Source: a virus
Taxonomy: Duplodnaviria; Caudoviricetes
Strand: one strand, 5' to 3'
DNA length: 64,000 nt
Virus record (IMG/VR): IMGVR_UViG_3300037602_000018
Location: 39,050 to 103,049 of that record
The position numbers and the translations under genes were made by a program. The notes under the pieces were generated by a model, which saw nothing but the letters and a program-made list of their open reading frames with translations, searched no databases and was not told where the DNA came from. Every line of letters begins with the position of its first letter. Position 1 is the first letter of the stretch. Of this stretch, positions 9,801 to 19,145 are shown in pieces.

Positions 9801-12800
9801 TCGTAACTAATACCTTTCTTTAAAGCTTCTATAATATTATTACCAGCTTTTCTATCTTCTAGTTCTCTGATAATTATATCATTAAGTACAGCTATATCTA
9901 ATTTAGAATCTAATTTTAATATTTTTCTAATTTCCTGAGCTTGCTCATTAGACAACTCTGAAATGTAATTATGAATATCCTGAACCAAATCACTGCCTAA
10001 TCTTCCATTATAATCTTCATCTAATTTAATATTAGCTAAAATATTCTTTTGAATCTGAGAAGCTATAGCAGTTTGTTTAATTCCCTTAGTAGGTAAATCC
10101 TGTTGTAATCTCCAATTTCTATTATCAAGTTCAAATGAATCTAAAGTAAACTGTCCTTTAAGTTCACCATCTTTTGAAATTTCAGAAGGAGTAAATGCAC
10201 CTACTTTAACACCATCTAAAGTGATAACTTCATCTACATTATCTATATCCATTCTAACGGCTAATTGAGCTAACTCTGTATCAGCAATCATTTGAGGAAG
10301 TAATACTCCTAATGAATATTTAAGATAAGTAGGTTTACCATCAACAAGACCATAATAAACCCCTTTAATAGGTTGGGTAGATTGAGTAAGAACTTTAAAT
10401 TCTTCTTGGCTTATTAAATCTTCTTTAGATAACTTTTGGTCTTTTTTAACTTTCTCAAAACCACTTTCTATCTTTTTATAAATTACATCAAGATCGCTAT
10501 TCCATCTACCTAATCTTTCTATAATGAATTTCCATCTCTTATGACTAGCCAATGCCTGAGCGTCAGTTCTGTTTACATTCTTATATTCCTGAACTACTTC
10601 ATTATCACCAAAGGCTTTTTCAAGTTGTTCATAATATAGACTTTGAAATATAGCATTATTAATTACAGAAGCATTAAACTTGTGATCATTTTTAGTTTCA
10701 CCTAATGATAATCTAAGTCCATCTATTCTAGCTGCTTGCGCTCTTTTATTAACATCAATAAGGTCTTTAAAATAAGACATATCACCATATATAGTGTTAG
10801 TCTGTTCATAATTCCCTATAATTGTATTAATAGTATAATCAGCTAATGCAGATTCAAATGAAGAATATTTATTTAAAATTGCTTTATCTATTACACTTCT
10901 TGTAATACCTTTATTTTCATTAACTACATGTTCTACTATACCTTGTTCTTTAATAGTATTTACAGAAGTTTGAATATCTTGTTTTAACTTTTCTCTTATA
11001 TAATCTTTTAAATTATCAAGCTTTTTAGGGTCTAACTTAGAAAAAGGTTTACCTGATTTACCATATAAGCCTAGTCTATTATTAAGTTCTTCTGAAATAA
11101 CATAAGGACTTAATTCTGAATATAAATGAGATTTAAAAGCATTTCCTACTAACTGACCTGCTTCATTAGTTATGTTACCTCTTTTATCTGTATGATAATA
11201 CATTACTCTGTCTTTTTCAGAGATAGGATTTTCTTTAAGTTCCATCCATGTATTATACATTCTTTTATATTCATCCTGAAAATGCCCTAATAGAATATTA
11301 ACAGGTTCTTCTGAAAGATTAATTTTCCCATTATTGAATTCTACTTTACCTTCTACAAATGGTAAACCTTCTAAAAACGTAATAGTAGATTTATCACCCA
11401 TAGTTAAAGTAGGATGCATAGTTTTTTGACCTCTCTTACTTCCTAATAATGCATTAATCTGAAAAGCTAATAAATCAGCAGGTTTAATATTTTTAGGGTC
11501 AGCAGCTAAATCTCCTACTTCATCTAGTCTTATAGATGAGAATATTCTTGTACGTATTTCTGGAGAATCTAAAAGATATTGTACCCATTTAGAATTAGGA
11601 TGTTTAACAACTAATTCAGTTAATTGAGATATATCTCCTTCTGCTATTCTTGTAAAGAAATCTGTAATCATTGAAGGACTACCATATTCCCAATATTGTT
11701 TATTATTTACAGTAACATTAGCTTCTGTTAATGAACCATTTAAATCTGATTCAGCTAAAGCTAATTCAGTTATTAAAGTTTCATTTGCAAAAGGATTATT
11801 AAACTTATTATTTACAAATAAAGGTTTTCTCAAACTAGTAAATAAATAAGTCTTTCCAGAGATAATATTTCTTATAGTTTCTTTCTCTCCATTTGTATTT
11901 CTTATATTCCTTAAAGATTCTTCTGTAACATCAATACCTATTTTACCTAATAAAGCCTTAAATTTTACTAAAGCCTCATCAGGTTGTTTTAATACAATTT
12001 CTTTTATTTCATTGTATTCATTAACAAGATTATCTACTTTATCTGTAGATATTTCATTTTTAACTACTAAGTCTGAATATAATAAATTATTACCCCATTT
12101 AGCAATTAATTTATCAGAAGGAGATATTCTTTGTGTATCAAATACTTTAAAGTTTTCTTTTCTTTTATTTAAAGTAGCACTAACATAATTAGACTGTTCT
12201 TTATCAAAAGCTAGTTTAAACTGTCTTTGAATATGTTTAGGGGCCTTATCAAGAGTATTTAACAACTGGTTCATCCAAGGTTTGTTACTCTCATAAGACT
12301 TCATTACATTAATCATTTTAGGTAAGACATCTACTATCTCACCATTAACTAATGTACTACTAAAACCAGCTAATTTAGGTTCAAGAAAACCCCATATTTC
12401 ATCAAAAGGTACAAAAGAATATCCTATAGTGGAAGGTTTTTCAGAAGGTATAAAAGACAACATTAATTTAATATTAAATGTAGCTTTGTCTTTACCGCTA
12501 CTTTCAAAAGAAGATTTAATATTTAATGGGTCAGTTCTATCTTCTTCATCTACAGCTTCTAAATCATCATTAATTGTTATACCTCTTTCTTTGTAAAACT
12601 TAAATACATTCTGATAGAAATCATTTTTAGCATTAGCTACTATTACAAGCATAGAAGCTTTTTCTCTATCATTAGATTCTTTAGCTTTTTGAAATTCCTG
12701 TTTAAGAAAATTATCTAAGATAGTATAGATATTCTTATCAGCATTAAACTTTTCAAAGTCTTCTCTGGTTAATAAATTTTCTCCAGAAATTTCATTATAT

Positions 12801-13162
12801 AAAGCATAAGCTAAGTTAGCAGTTACATCATTTACTTGCTTTGCAGATAAATTAGCAAACTTACCATCTATATAAAATCTATCTCCCTTTAGATTTTTAA
12901 AGAAATGATAACCATTTTCTTCAAATAATTCAGGTTCACCATTAACATCAGTAATGCCTTTTTCTTTAAACTCAAGATTATTTTCTTTATGAGCTTTTAC
13001 AAAGTCACCAAAAAATCTTTTAAATCTTTCTGTATGAATTACATTATAGATTCTTTTAACAGTTTCTTCAGGAACTTTACTTCTTTTACTTAATGCTTCA
13101 TCTATTTTAGGAGCTAGTAAAGAAGGATTATTATTAGTATGGGTATCGTAATTACATCTCAT
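6890..13162 (-). CDS. Virion-associated single-chain DNA-dependent RNA polymerase (crAss-like, phi14:2 gp66-type)
   Basis: 2090 aa; GYRIPNQG...TGSDFDIDKMY catalytic motif; TDAQ, PIKGVY, LKYS and AYVDIAKD motifs. Confidence 0.92.
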   Translation of the reverse strand: MRCNYDTHTNNNPSLLAPKIDEALSKRSKVPEETVKRIYNVIHTERFKRFFGDFVKAHKENNLEFKEKGITDVNGEPELFEENGYHFFKNLKGDRFYIDGKFANLSAKQVNDVTANLAYALYNEISGENLLTREDFEKFNADKNIYTILDNFLKQEFQKAKESNDREKASMLVIVANAKNDFYQNVFKFYKERGITINDDLEAVDEEDRTDPLNIKSSFESSGKDKATFNIKLMLSFIPSEKPSTIGYSFVPFDEIWGFLEPKLAGFSSTLVNGEIVDVLPKMINVMKSYESNKPWMNQLLNTLDKAPKHIQRQFKLAFDKEQSNYVSATLNKRKENFKVFDTQRISPSDKLIAKWGNNLLYSDLVVKNEISTDKVDNLVNEYNEIKEIVLKQPDEALVKFKALLGKIGIDVTEESLRNIRNTNGEKETIRNIISGKTYLFTSLRKPLFVNNKFNNPFANETLITELALAESDLNGSLTEANVTVNNKQYWEYGSPSMITDFFTRIAEGDISQLTELVVKHPNSKWVQYLLDSPEIRTRIFSSIRLDEVGDLAADPKNIKPADLLAFQINALLGSKRGQKTMHPTLTMGDKSTITFLEGLPFVEGKVEFNNGKINLSEEPVNILLGHFQDEYKRMYNTWMELKENPISEKDRVMYYHTDKRGNITNEAGQLVGNAFKSHLYSELSPYVISEELNNRLGLYGKSGKPFSKLDPKKLDNLKDYIREKLKQDIQTSVNTIKEQGIVEHVVNENKGITRSVIDKAILNKYSSFESALADYTINTIIGNYEQTNTIYGDMSYFKDLIDVNKRAQAARIDGLRLSLGETKNDHKFNASVINNAIFQSLYYEQLEKAFGDNEVVQEYKNVNRTDAQALASHKRWKFIIERLGRWNSDLDVIYKKIESGFEKVKKDQKLSKEDLISQEEFKVLTQSTQPIKGVYYGLVDGKPTYLKYSLGVLLPQMIADTELAQLAVRMDIDNVDEVITLDGVKVGAFTPSEISKDGELKGQFTLDSFELDNRNWRLQQDLPTKGIKQTAIASQIQKNILANIKLDEDYNGRLGSDLVQDIHNYISELSNEQAQEIRKILKLDSKLDIAVLNDIIIRELEDRKAGNNIIEALKKGISYEALPQHLNRIQNLIFSWVNKRTTKITTNGGGLIQMSSFGLDKLTTTEKEGIYWLTDEIERLADKGLAPPLEGKPGEVLISGGWLSKYIPNWREIPYNELMEVVDSRIFDIVGYRIPNQGMSSNDNLRVVGILPDLMGDTIVPYSEITTKTGSDFDIDKMYVMMPEFNTVPDLSWYNTALNIIDTYNLSADDMLNSIYEVDENWYINEGFIPDDKLFTVEDFNKKYSQSEYSKIVFKYMTEFHSDEMIFKNIQYAEQGSKGIKNKLIQAYIDILNDPKSYIDKMTPLDANFLKDSIERLDALRPQSEQTQLNFFDGVNQLNIKFAYMGGKAGVGQTANHVVDHPLSQLAEIMLATDYQVGHELNGLIDLSQEYTTDGKQKISQVLSAFLNAYVDIAKDNYITKGNHNTLTANVAFLLARAGVPIDQINGFLMQPILVDYVKETNKQESKVYEKQYVNGKLIKPIDKVLAKYGANDKLFKELEPISNFSTESFEKALKFEFSNEATITLEESKEYQLQILKTFLKLQDASKALRDSVVASKVDTNGAGNDLATLIASKKLFGKVVTEGLVENFLAKFDNTFMGAYYRNSIDLIDEITKELFQNIYRQSEFMDIIALQTDNSLTNHKLLRDIIKDTYSIFYSQIPVLRETDIKSLFTDLPQQIYKLRGTNEFIDNLEFNFGEYSFIGVNQLRADSEYFNDMMYQGWKELMQTHPDLADKLVKHAFYSTGFQNAIMSLVPYIPHEWMYESGFIRQIEESNNINLLDNALDVYYKQKIADNKIIPKLADRIKKRPVVNTEGKNFNIKDVFSIDSENYRIDSLDKAKIYYPYLKTGSKNKFNLYKWVGNDNQENGVYVRVNPLGIQQPGGLKINEYTPESIFNTEQLDFVLPKMNSPKLPVAKRIKDKTLDEWLNKDETSENRLTQSEGTPEELNELKNLVIEDISELKNSSELLKELESINTFSALNEFIKKYCN

Positions 13163-13165
13163 TTA

Positions 13166-16100
13166 TTAACACCTTTCATTATTTTGATTATCATCCTTAG
13201 CCTTATTAGCTTCTTTATTCTTCCTAGTATCTAAATCCATATTAGATTTACCACTTAATCCTTGATTAAATGAGGCCTCTAACTCATCCATAGATTCTTC
13301 TGTTTTAAAATCTTCGTTCATGTCGTAATTACTTACTTGTTCTTTAAATAAATCTGCTACAGATTCTTTATTATCTAAACCTTCATTATCTGAAGTAATA
13401 CCAGCTTTTTTAAGGACTTCAGTTCTATCTCCATTATTTTCTTTCCATTTCATCTCAGCACCTGTAGTAACTGAGATTATTTGTCCCTTATTATTTACTA
13501 CAAATTTTCTTCCTTTATGTTCTACAACTTTAGCTCTACCTTGTTGTACTGCAAAGTTAGCAAATATTTTTCTTCTATCTACAGTATCTTTACTAAAAAC
13601 TTCTTTACCTTTACTATTAAATATTTTACTTCCTTTAATAGTATATGTTTGCTTAGATTTTCCTTTAGGGGTATAATTAATAGTGTTGAAAGGTTCATTA
13701 TATAAATCATTAACAGATACTGCATTATCTAATCCTTCTTCTTTACTTACTTTTAATTCAGGTTGTTTAGTTTCTGTAATTGGTTTTAAAAACATACTAC
13801 CGCTATAAATACCTTGTCCTTGTTTAAAAGGTAAATCAACATCTACATCTGTAGTAAGTATATTTGAATTAACTATATGTTCCCTATATGCTTTATTTTT
13901 AAATTTAGAAGCTTTTATTTGATACCTTTTTTTAGTTTTTAAATATTCTACTACAGATTCAAAATCTGATCCAGTTGCTAAAGTATTGTTATTTCCTCCG
14001 TAATATAGTTTTCCTTTACTTAAATATAACTCAGATTGTAAACCAGCAGTTTTATTTCCAAAATAAACAAAATAATCTATTACTTCATTATAAGTAGGAG
14101 AAGTATTGATTAATTCTTTATAATCAGGAAGTATTGTCTGTAATTGAGATAACAGATTGTCAGGCATTAAAGTATTCCAATTTACTTTATTCTGAAGTAT
14201 ACTTTGAAATACAGTTGCTACAAATCTTGCATCTTCATCACTTAAAGTTTTAACATTAAGTTTAATAGGAATTTTAACTCCTTTATTATTAGTTGCTTTA
14301 TAAAATATTAAACCTGAACCTGCAACTACTTCGTTACCTGATTTATAAGTTACTTCAGGTAAATCATTAAAGTCTTTATCATAATTTCTATTTTTAACAG
14401 ACCAATCAAATCTAACATATCTTCCTTCAACATTAGTCATAACAAAGTCTGATTCTTTTATAGAACCAAATACTTGTTCAATGTTATTATCTTGACGTAC
14501 ATTATTGATTTCTAAAGGATAATATCCTTCTACTTCACTTATTACTTCGTTACCTTGTTTAAGTTGGTTAAGAATATTTTTCCTAAACTCTGGATTTAAT
14601 TCATTTTTACCAGATCTTATTGTATATAAATAAGTAAATACTTCCTGACCATTAATAGTAATAGGTTCTCCATCCTTTAAAAAAGTAACTTTTAAAGCTA
14701 CATTATTTACAAAGTCTGTAAGTTCAGTAGGAGTAATAGTATCATTTAAAAACTTTTCAATTAACTGATTATATCTTTCTGTAACTTCTTCTCCACTAGC
14801 AAAATGTCTATCTCCAAAAGTTATTTTTACTTTAGTACCTATTTTATCTACAGGACTATAATACCATTCTTTAAACGCAGGTTTATCTTCTAAATAACTA
14901 GTAGCTATTTGTACACCTGTTTGATTAGTTTGTACAGACTTAGCTTTCTCTTTAATCTCATTAATTTCATTACCTGACTTAGTTTCAATATTATCTAGTT
15001 CAGAAGTAACATTTTCTACAGGCTCTACTTTACTGGTTTCTTCTTTATTTAAAGTTTCAGCTAAAGCTTCTTTAACTTCTATATTTTCTTCACTAACTTG
15101 TTCTTCACCAGTTCTTCTAGATAATTCTTCTTTATCATCTTCTGTTTGAGCAGCTTTATCAGCTTGTTCTTTAGCTTGATTTTCTAAGCTTTCTCTTTTA
15201 TTACTAACAACTTCTTTTAGTTGAGATAAATTACCAGATTGTTCAAGTTCATCTTCAAGAGCATCTAAAGAATCTAAAGATTTAATACTATTAATATTAT
15301 TAGTTAATTTAGTATTTTCAGCTTCTCTCTGATATTCAGGTGAAGTTAATTTACTAAATTCTTTCTCAAGCTTTTTAATGTTAAGTTCTGCTTGTCTTTT
15401 AGAAGCTAAAGCATTAGTTAATTCAGGATGATTAGGTAAAGTACTTATAATACTTTTATCATTGTCTATAATATCTTTAGAAGTACCTTCAGGATATTCA
15501 ATTTTATCTTTTAGCTTGGTTAATGTTTTATCAATTTTTTCTAAAGTTTCTTTATAACTATCATCTCCAGCAACATCAGCTTGCATTTGTGTTAACACTT
15601 TAGCTGATTCTAAAGCTACTCTTTGAGAATCTCTTTCAAATATTTCAAGACCTACAGCACTTAAATCTTCTATTTGAGGATATTCAGCTTTAGCTTTACT
15701 TAACTTAGAATCAGATTCTTGTCTAATTCTAACCATATTTTCTAAGTTATGTCTATTAACTGCAAGTAATCCCGCAGTAGAACCATACTTATTAGCATAC
15801 TTTAAATATTGATTTCTAATCTTAACAGCATCTTCTTTTAACTTCGGAGCTATTTCTTTAGCCCAATCTACAGACATATCTTCTATACCATATTTTTCTT
15901 TATATTCCTGTAAATCTTGTTCTTTAAGGTTTTCAAGATTATCAAAAAATTCTATATGGTTATCAAACGTATCTGTTTGTACTGCCTCTAAAGTCATAGC
16001 TAAATTCCATGCTTTTCTAGCTTCTAATGAAGCAGATAGATTTCCTTCAGCATCAGCCTTTTTAATATTTTCATGTAAAACAGCAAAATGAGTACCTCTC

Positions 16101-17308
16101 TTATTAATTACATCTTGTTGTTTTTCTAAGAAAGCTTTTCTTTTTTTATTATTTATAAGATTATTCAAGCCTTTACCAGCCATTTGAAAAACAGCTCCAC
16201 CAGCAGCTCCAGCAGTAACTGAATTCCAGAATTCTGTATCTCCAAGATAACCTTGCATTCTTTCTGTAAATGCAGATTCATCTATAAGTCCAGCATTCAT
16301 TTTTATATTATATGCAGATTCTTCAGCAGATACAAACTGATAAGCTTCTTCTAAACCTTCATAAGCAGATTGTTTTGCTAATTCTTTAGCTTTACCATAT
16401 TTACCTAACTTCTTAGCATTACGTCCTGACTTAGATACAAATTGTCCAGTCATAGGATTAAATAATTTACCTATAGCTAAGTATTGAGGAATATCCTGAG
16501 CTAACATAGCCCATCCTTTTATATAAGTACTCTTAGCTCCTTCCAAAGCTAATTCTTCTATTTCTTCTGGACTATATAATTCTCCAGTATCTTTATTAAC
16601 TTGTCCTTCTAACTCTTGCTTTAATTGTTCATAGGTTCCATAAGCTTCTAAGTTATTTTCAATTTGTCTGGATATAGTAGCTTGTCCAATACCATTTAAA
16701 GTATATTGAGTTCCTTTAGATAACTTTCCAAGAACTGAAGCACCTCTACTCATACCAGCAGCCTTACCTAACATAGATAAAGCTTTCATTGTACCAGTAG
16801 CAGGTATTAACATACTTAATGTACTACCTATAGACACCATGTTAGCAAAGAAGTTCTCAGAATTTCCTAACATAAATCCATCTGGATTACCTTGATAAAT
16901 AGGGTTAGATTCTCTTGAACCTTCTTTAATACTTCTACCTAAGTCTAATAAAATATTTTCCTGATCTACAGCAAGTAAATTACCTTTAGCTAATTCTCCT
17001 AAATAACCAAATCCTTCTATAGTACCACCTACTACTTCACCTGCTAATTGTACAGCAAAGTTACCTAGTTCATGATGAAAAGGTTGATTAGTTGCTCTAA
17101 TCTGATTTAATTCTCCAGCGTCTAAAGAAGTCTTAGGAATATTAATATCAAATTGAGAACTACCTAATCTATCTCCAGCAAACGTAGTATTGCTATCAGA
17201 GGTAAAATTAGTATCGAGAATTTTATTTAAATATTTACTTTGATATTTAGGCTTTTCTATTTCAGGAGATTGTTTATTATCAAAGTACTCTGTTAAAGTC
17301 TTAGCCAT
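13166..17308 (-). CDS. Virion cargo/ejection protein
   Basis: 1380 aa; Gly/Ala-rich hydrophobic N-terminal segments (EGLEEAYQ, GAAGGAVF), coiled coils, position in the cargo block. Confidence 0.7.
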   Translation of the reverse strand: MAKTLTEYFDNKQSPEIEKPKYQSKYLNKILDTNFTSDSNTTFAGDRLGSSQFDINIPKTSLDAGELNQIRATNQPFHHELGNFAVQLAGEVVGGTIEGFGYLGELAKGNLLAVDQENILLDLGRSIKEGSRESNPIYQGNPDGFMLGNSENFFANMVSIGSTLSMLIPATGTMKALSMLGKAAGMSRGASVLGKLSKGTQYTLNGIGQATISRQIENNLEAYGTYEQLKQELEGQVNKDTGELYSPEEIEELALEGAKSTYIKGWAMLAQDIPQYLAIGKLFNPMTGQFVSKSGRNAKKLGKYGKAKELAKQSAYEGLEEAYQFVSAEESAYNIKMNAGLIDESAFTERMQGYLGDTEFWNSVTAGAAGGAVFQMAGKGLNNLINNKKRKAFLEKQQDVINKRGTHFAVLHENIKKADAEGNLSASLEARKAWNLAMTLEAVQTDTFDNHIEFFDNLENLKEQDLQEYKEKYGIEDMSVDWAKEIAPKLKEDAVKIRNQYLKYANKYGSTAGLLAVNRHNLENMVRIRQESDSKLSKAKAEYPQIEDLSAVGLEIFERDSQRVALESAKVLTQMQADVAGDDSYKETLEKIDKTLTKLKDKIEYPEGTSKDIIDNDKSIISTLPNHPELTNALASKRQAELNIKKLEKEFSKLTSPEYQREAENTKLTNNINSIKSLDSLDALEDELEQSGNLSQLKEVVSNKRESLENQAKEQADKAAQTEDDKEELSRRTGEEQVSEENIEVKEALAETLNKEETSKVEPVENVTSELDNIETKSGNEINEIKEKAKSVQTNQTGVQIATSYLEDKPAFKEWYYSPVDKIGTKVKITFGDRHFASGEEVTERYNQLIEKFLNDTITPTELTDFVNNVALKVTFLKDGEPITINGQEVFTYLYTIRSGKNELNPEFRKNILNQLKQGNEVISEVEGYYPLEINNVRQDNNIEQVFGSIKESDFVMTNVEGRYVRFDWSVKNRNYDKDFNDLPEVTYKSGNEVVAGSGLIFYKATNNKGVKIPIKLNVKTLSDEDARFVATVFQSILQNKVNWNTLMPDNLLSQLQTILPDYKELINTSPTYNEVIDYFVYFGNKTAGLQSELYLSKGKLYYGGNNNTLATGSDFESVVEYLKTKKRYQIKASKFKNKAYREHIVNSNILTTDVDVDLPFKQGQGIYSGSMFLKPITETKQPELKVSKEEGLDNAVSVNDLYNEPFNTINYTPKGKSKQTYTIKGSKIFNSKGKEVFSKDTVDRRKIFANFAVQQGRAKVVEHKGRKFVVNNKGQIISVTTGAEMKWKENNGDRTEVLKKAGITSDNEGLDNKESVADLFKEQVSNYDMNEDFKTEESMDELEASFNQGLSGKSNMDLDTRKNKEANKAKDDNQNNERC

Positions 17309-19143
17309 TATTTTTGTTTATTATCTAAAAACATAGGTGTATAATAAGATTTAACTTTATTCATTTCTCTTTGTTGAATTTCGTTTAAACCTACTTTTTG
17401 TTTTTCTTCTTTAGGTAGATTTAAGACCTGATTTTTAGATAAACCTGATTTTGCTTCTACTACATAAGGTACATATTCATAAGTTCCGTCTGAAGCAGGA
17501 TTAAGTTCATTTACATAATACAAAGATACTCCTCTTTGATTAGTAGGTTCTTCTTCAAATCTCTTACCTTGTAAAGTATTCTGTAATAGTTTATGACTTA
17601 ATGATGTATTAGTTTTAATATTATCATCATTCTCAATAAATACTGTAGATAACTCTCCATCACTATTTTTAAGATTAGCTACATAACTTCCTGGAGTTGG
17701 GCCTATCATAGTAATACCAGCAATCTGTCCAGTTTCCTGTAAAGCAGCATAAAGCTCTGAAGCATCATCATAACCTAATTCTTCAGCAGCCTGATCTATA
17801 TTTGTAGGAGAATATTTTTTACCATTAACTGAAATTGATCTCATTGATATATCACCTACTTTACCATCTTTAGTACCTAATATTCTTTCAGTTTCATATT
17901 CCATATTAGAATTAGTAGGTCTCCATACCTGACCATAACCCTGAGTTAATTTTTGTTCAGCTTGACTAATAGCATTCCATACTTCCTGATCTGATTTACC
18001 TCGTAATATAGGATCTGAATTCCTAACTTGATTAATCATTTGTCTTTGCTGTTTGAACTTATCTTTAGCTTTTACTAATCCTTTATCAGTAGTCGCCCCA
18101 GGTAAACCAGCAGTAAAACTTTCAGACATTTTTCCTACAGGGTCTTTTGAAACAATAGGTTCAACTAGTTGACCATTTATAAATTCAGGAGAATCTAAAG
18201 TATTCATAGTTTGACTAGCAGGTAATGGTACATTACTCATTGTTAATGGTGACCATCCCTGAGCCTTTAAAGCTTCTTCACGTTTCATCATATCAACAAA
18301 GAAAGGACTGCCTTGAAATCTCATATCCCTGTCTAAAGAAACAGATTTAGGACTGTTACGTACAAGAGCTGTATTTACAGCATTTTGTAACTGACTATTC
18401 ATATATTGTTCTGGATCAGTGCCTCTTAAATAAGCACTATCTCTTAAATATGAAACTACTTCTGGACTATTTTGTAGATAATTCTTTACTACAAAATCTG
18501 TAACTTCACTAGGAATTCCTTTAACTGTTTGACCATTTTTATACCAAATATAATCACCTGTAGTAGGATCAATTTGTTCAGTTCTTTCCCAACCTGTAGA
18601 AGTCTCTATAGATTGTTGTGGAATATCTTTAGCTAAGTCTAATGCAATTTTTTGTACATCTTGATAATCTGAAGGAGTAAATCCATTAAAATTACCAGAT
18701 TCATAACCTTTATAATCCTGTAAAGACTTTTGTAAAGCTAATTGTCTATCATCTCTTAGAATTTTGTCATTAGACATTAATTCTTTAGCATAATTATTAT
18801 ATGCTTGATAGTTCTGGCCTATTTGATATAATGCTCCACCAGGATTCATTAAATCATCTCTCTTACGTTTAAGATCAATTAATTGATTTCTTAAAGATGA
18901 ATTATATCCTTTTCTATTTAATTCATCTGTAATAGCATTAATACCTTGATTAATTTCTGTTTGATATTTATCTCTTGCAGCTATGTCTTTAGTTAAAGCA
19001 TCCTGATAAACTTGTTGACTTTGAGCTGCTGTATATAATTGATCCTCTGCTTGTTGATAAGCTAAAGGTAAATAAGCATATTCTTCAAATGAAGTAGGTT
19101 GAAATTGAGGATAAATTCTACGTTGACTGTATCTATTTATCAT
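17308..19143 (-). CDS. Virion cargo protein
   Basis: 611 aa; N-terminal NRYSQ...P.SFEE..LP followed by coiled coil; position in the cargo block. Confidence 0.65.
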   Translation of the reverse strand: MINRYSQRRIYPQFQPTSFEEYAYLPLAYQQAEDQLYTAAQSQQVYQDALTKDIAARDKYQTEINQGINAITDELNRKGYNSSLRNQLIDLKRKRDDLMNPGGALYQIGQNYQAYNNYAKELMSNDKILRDDRQLALQKSLQDYKGYESGNFNGFTPSDYQDVQKIALDLAKDIPQQSIETSTGWERTEQIDPTTGDYIWYKNGQTVKGIPSEVTDFVVKNYLQNSPEVVSYLRDSAYLRGTDPEQYMNSQLQNAVNTALVRNSPKSVSLDRDMRFQGSPFFVDMMKREEALKAQGWSPLTMSNVPLPASQTMNTLDSPEFINGQLVEPIVSKDPVGKMSESFTAGLPGATTDKGLVKAKDKFKQQRQMINQVRNSDPILRGKSDQEVWNAISQAEQKLTQGYGQVWRPTNSNMEYETERILGTKDGKVGDISMRSISVNGKKYSPTNIDQAAEELGYDDASELYAALQETGQIAGITMIGPTPGSYVANLKNSDGELSTVFIENDDNIKTNTSLSHKLLQNTLQGKRFEEEPTNQRGVSLYYVNELNPASDGTYEYVPYVVEAKSGLSKNQVLNLPKEEKQKVGLNEIQQREMNKVKSYYTPMFLDNKQK

Positions 19144-19145
19144 TC

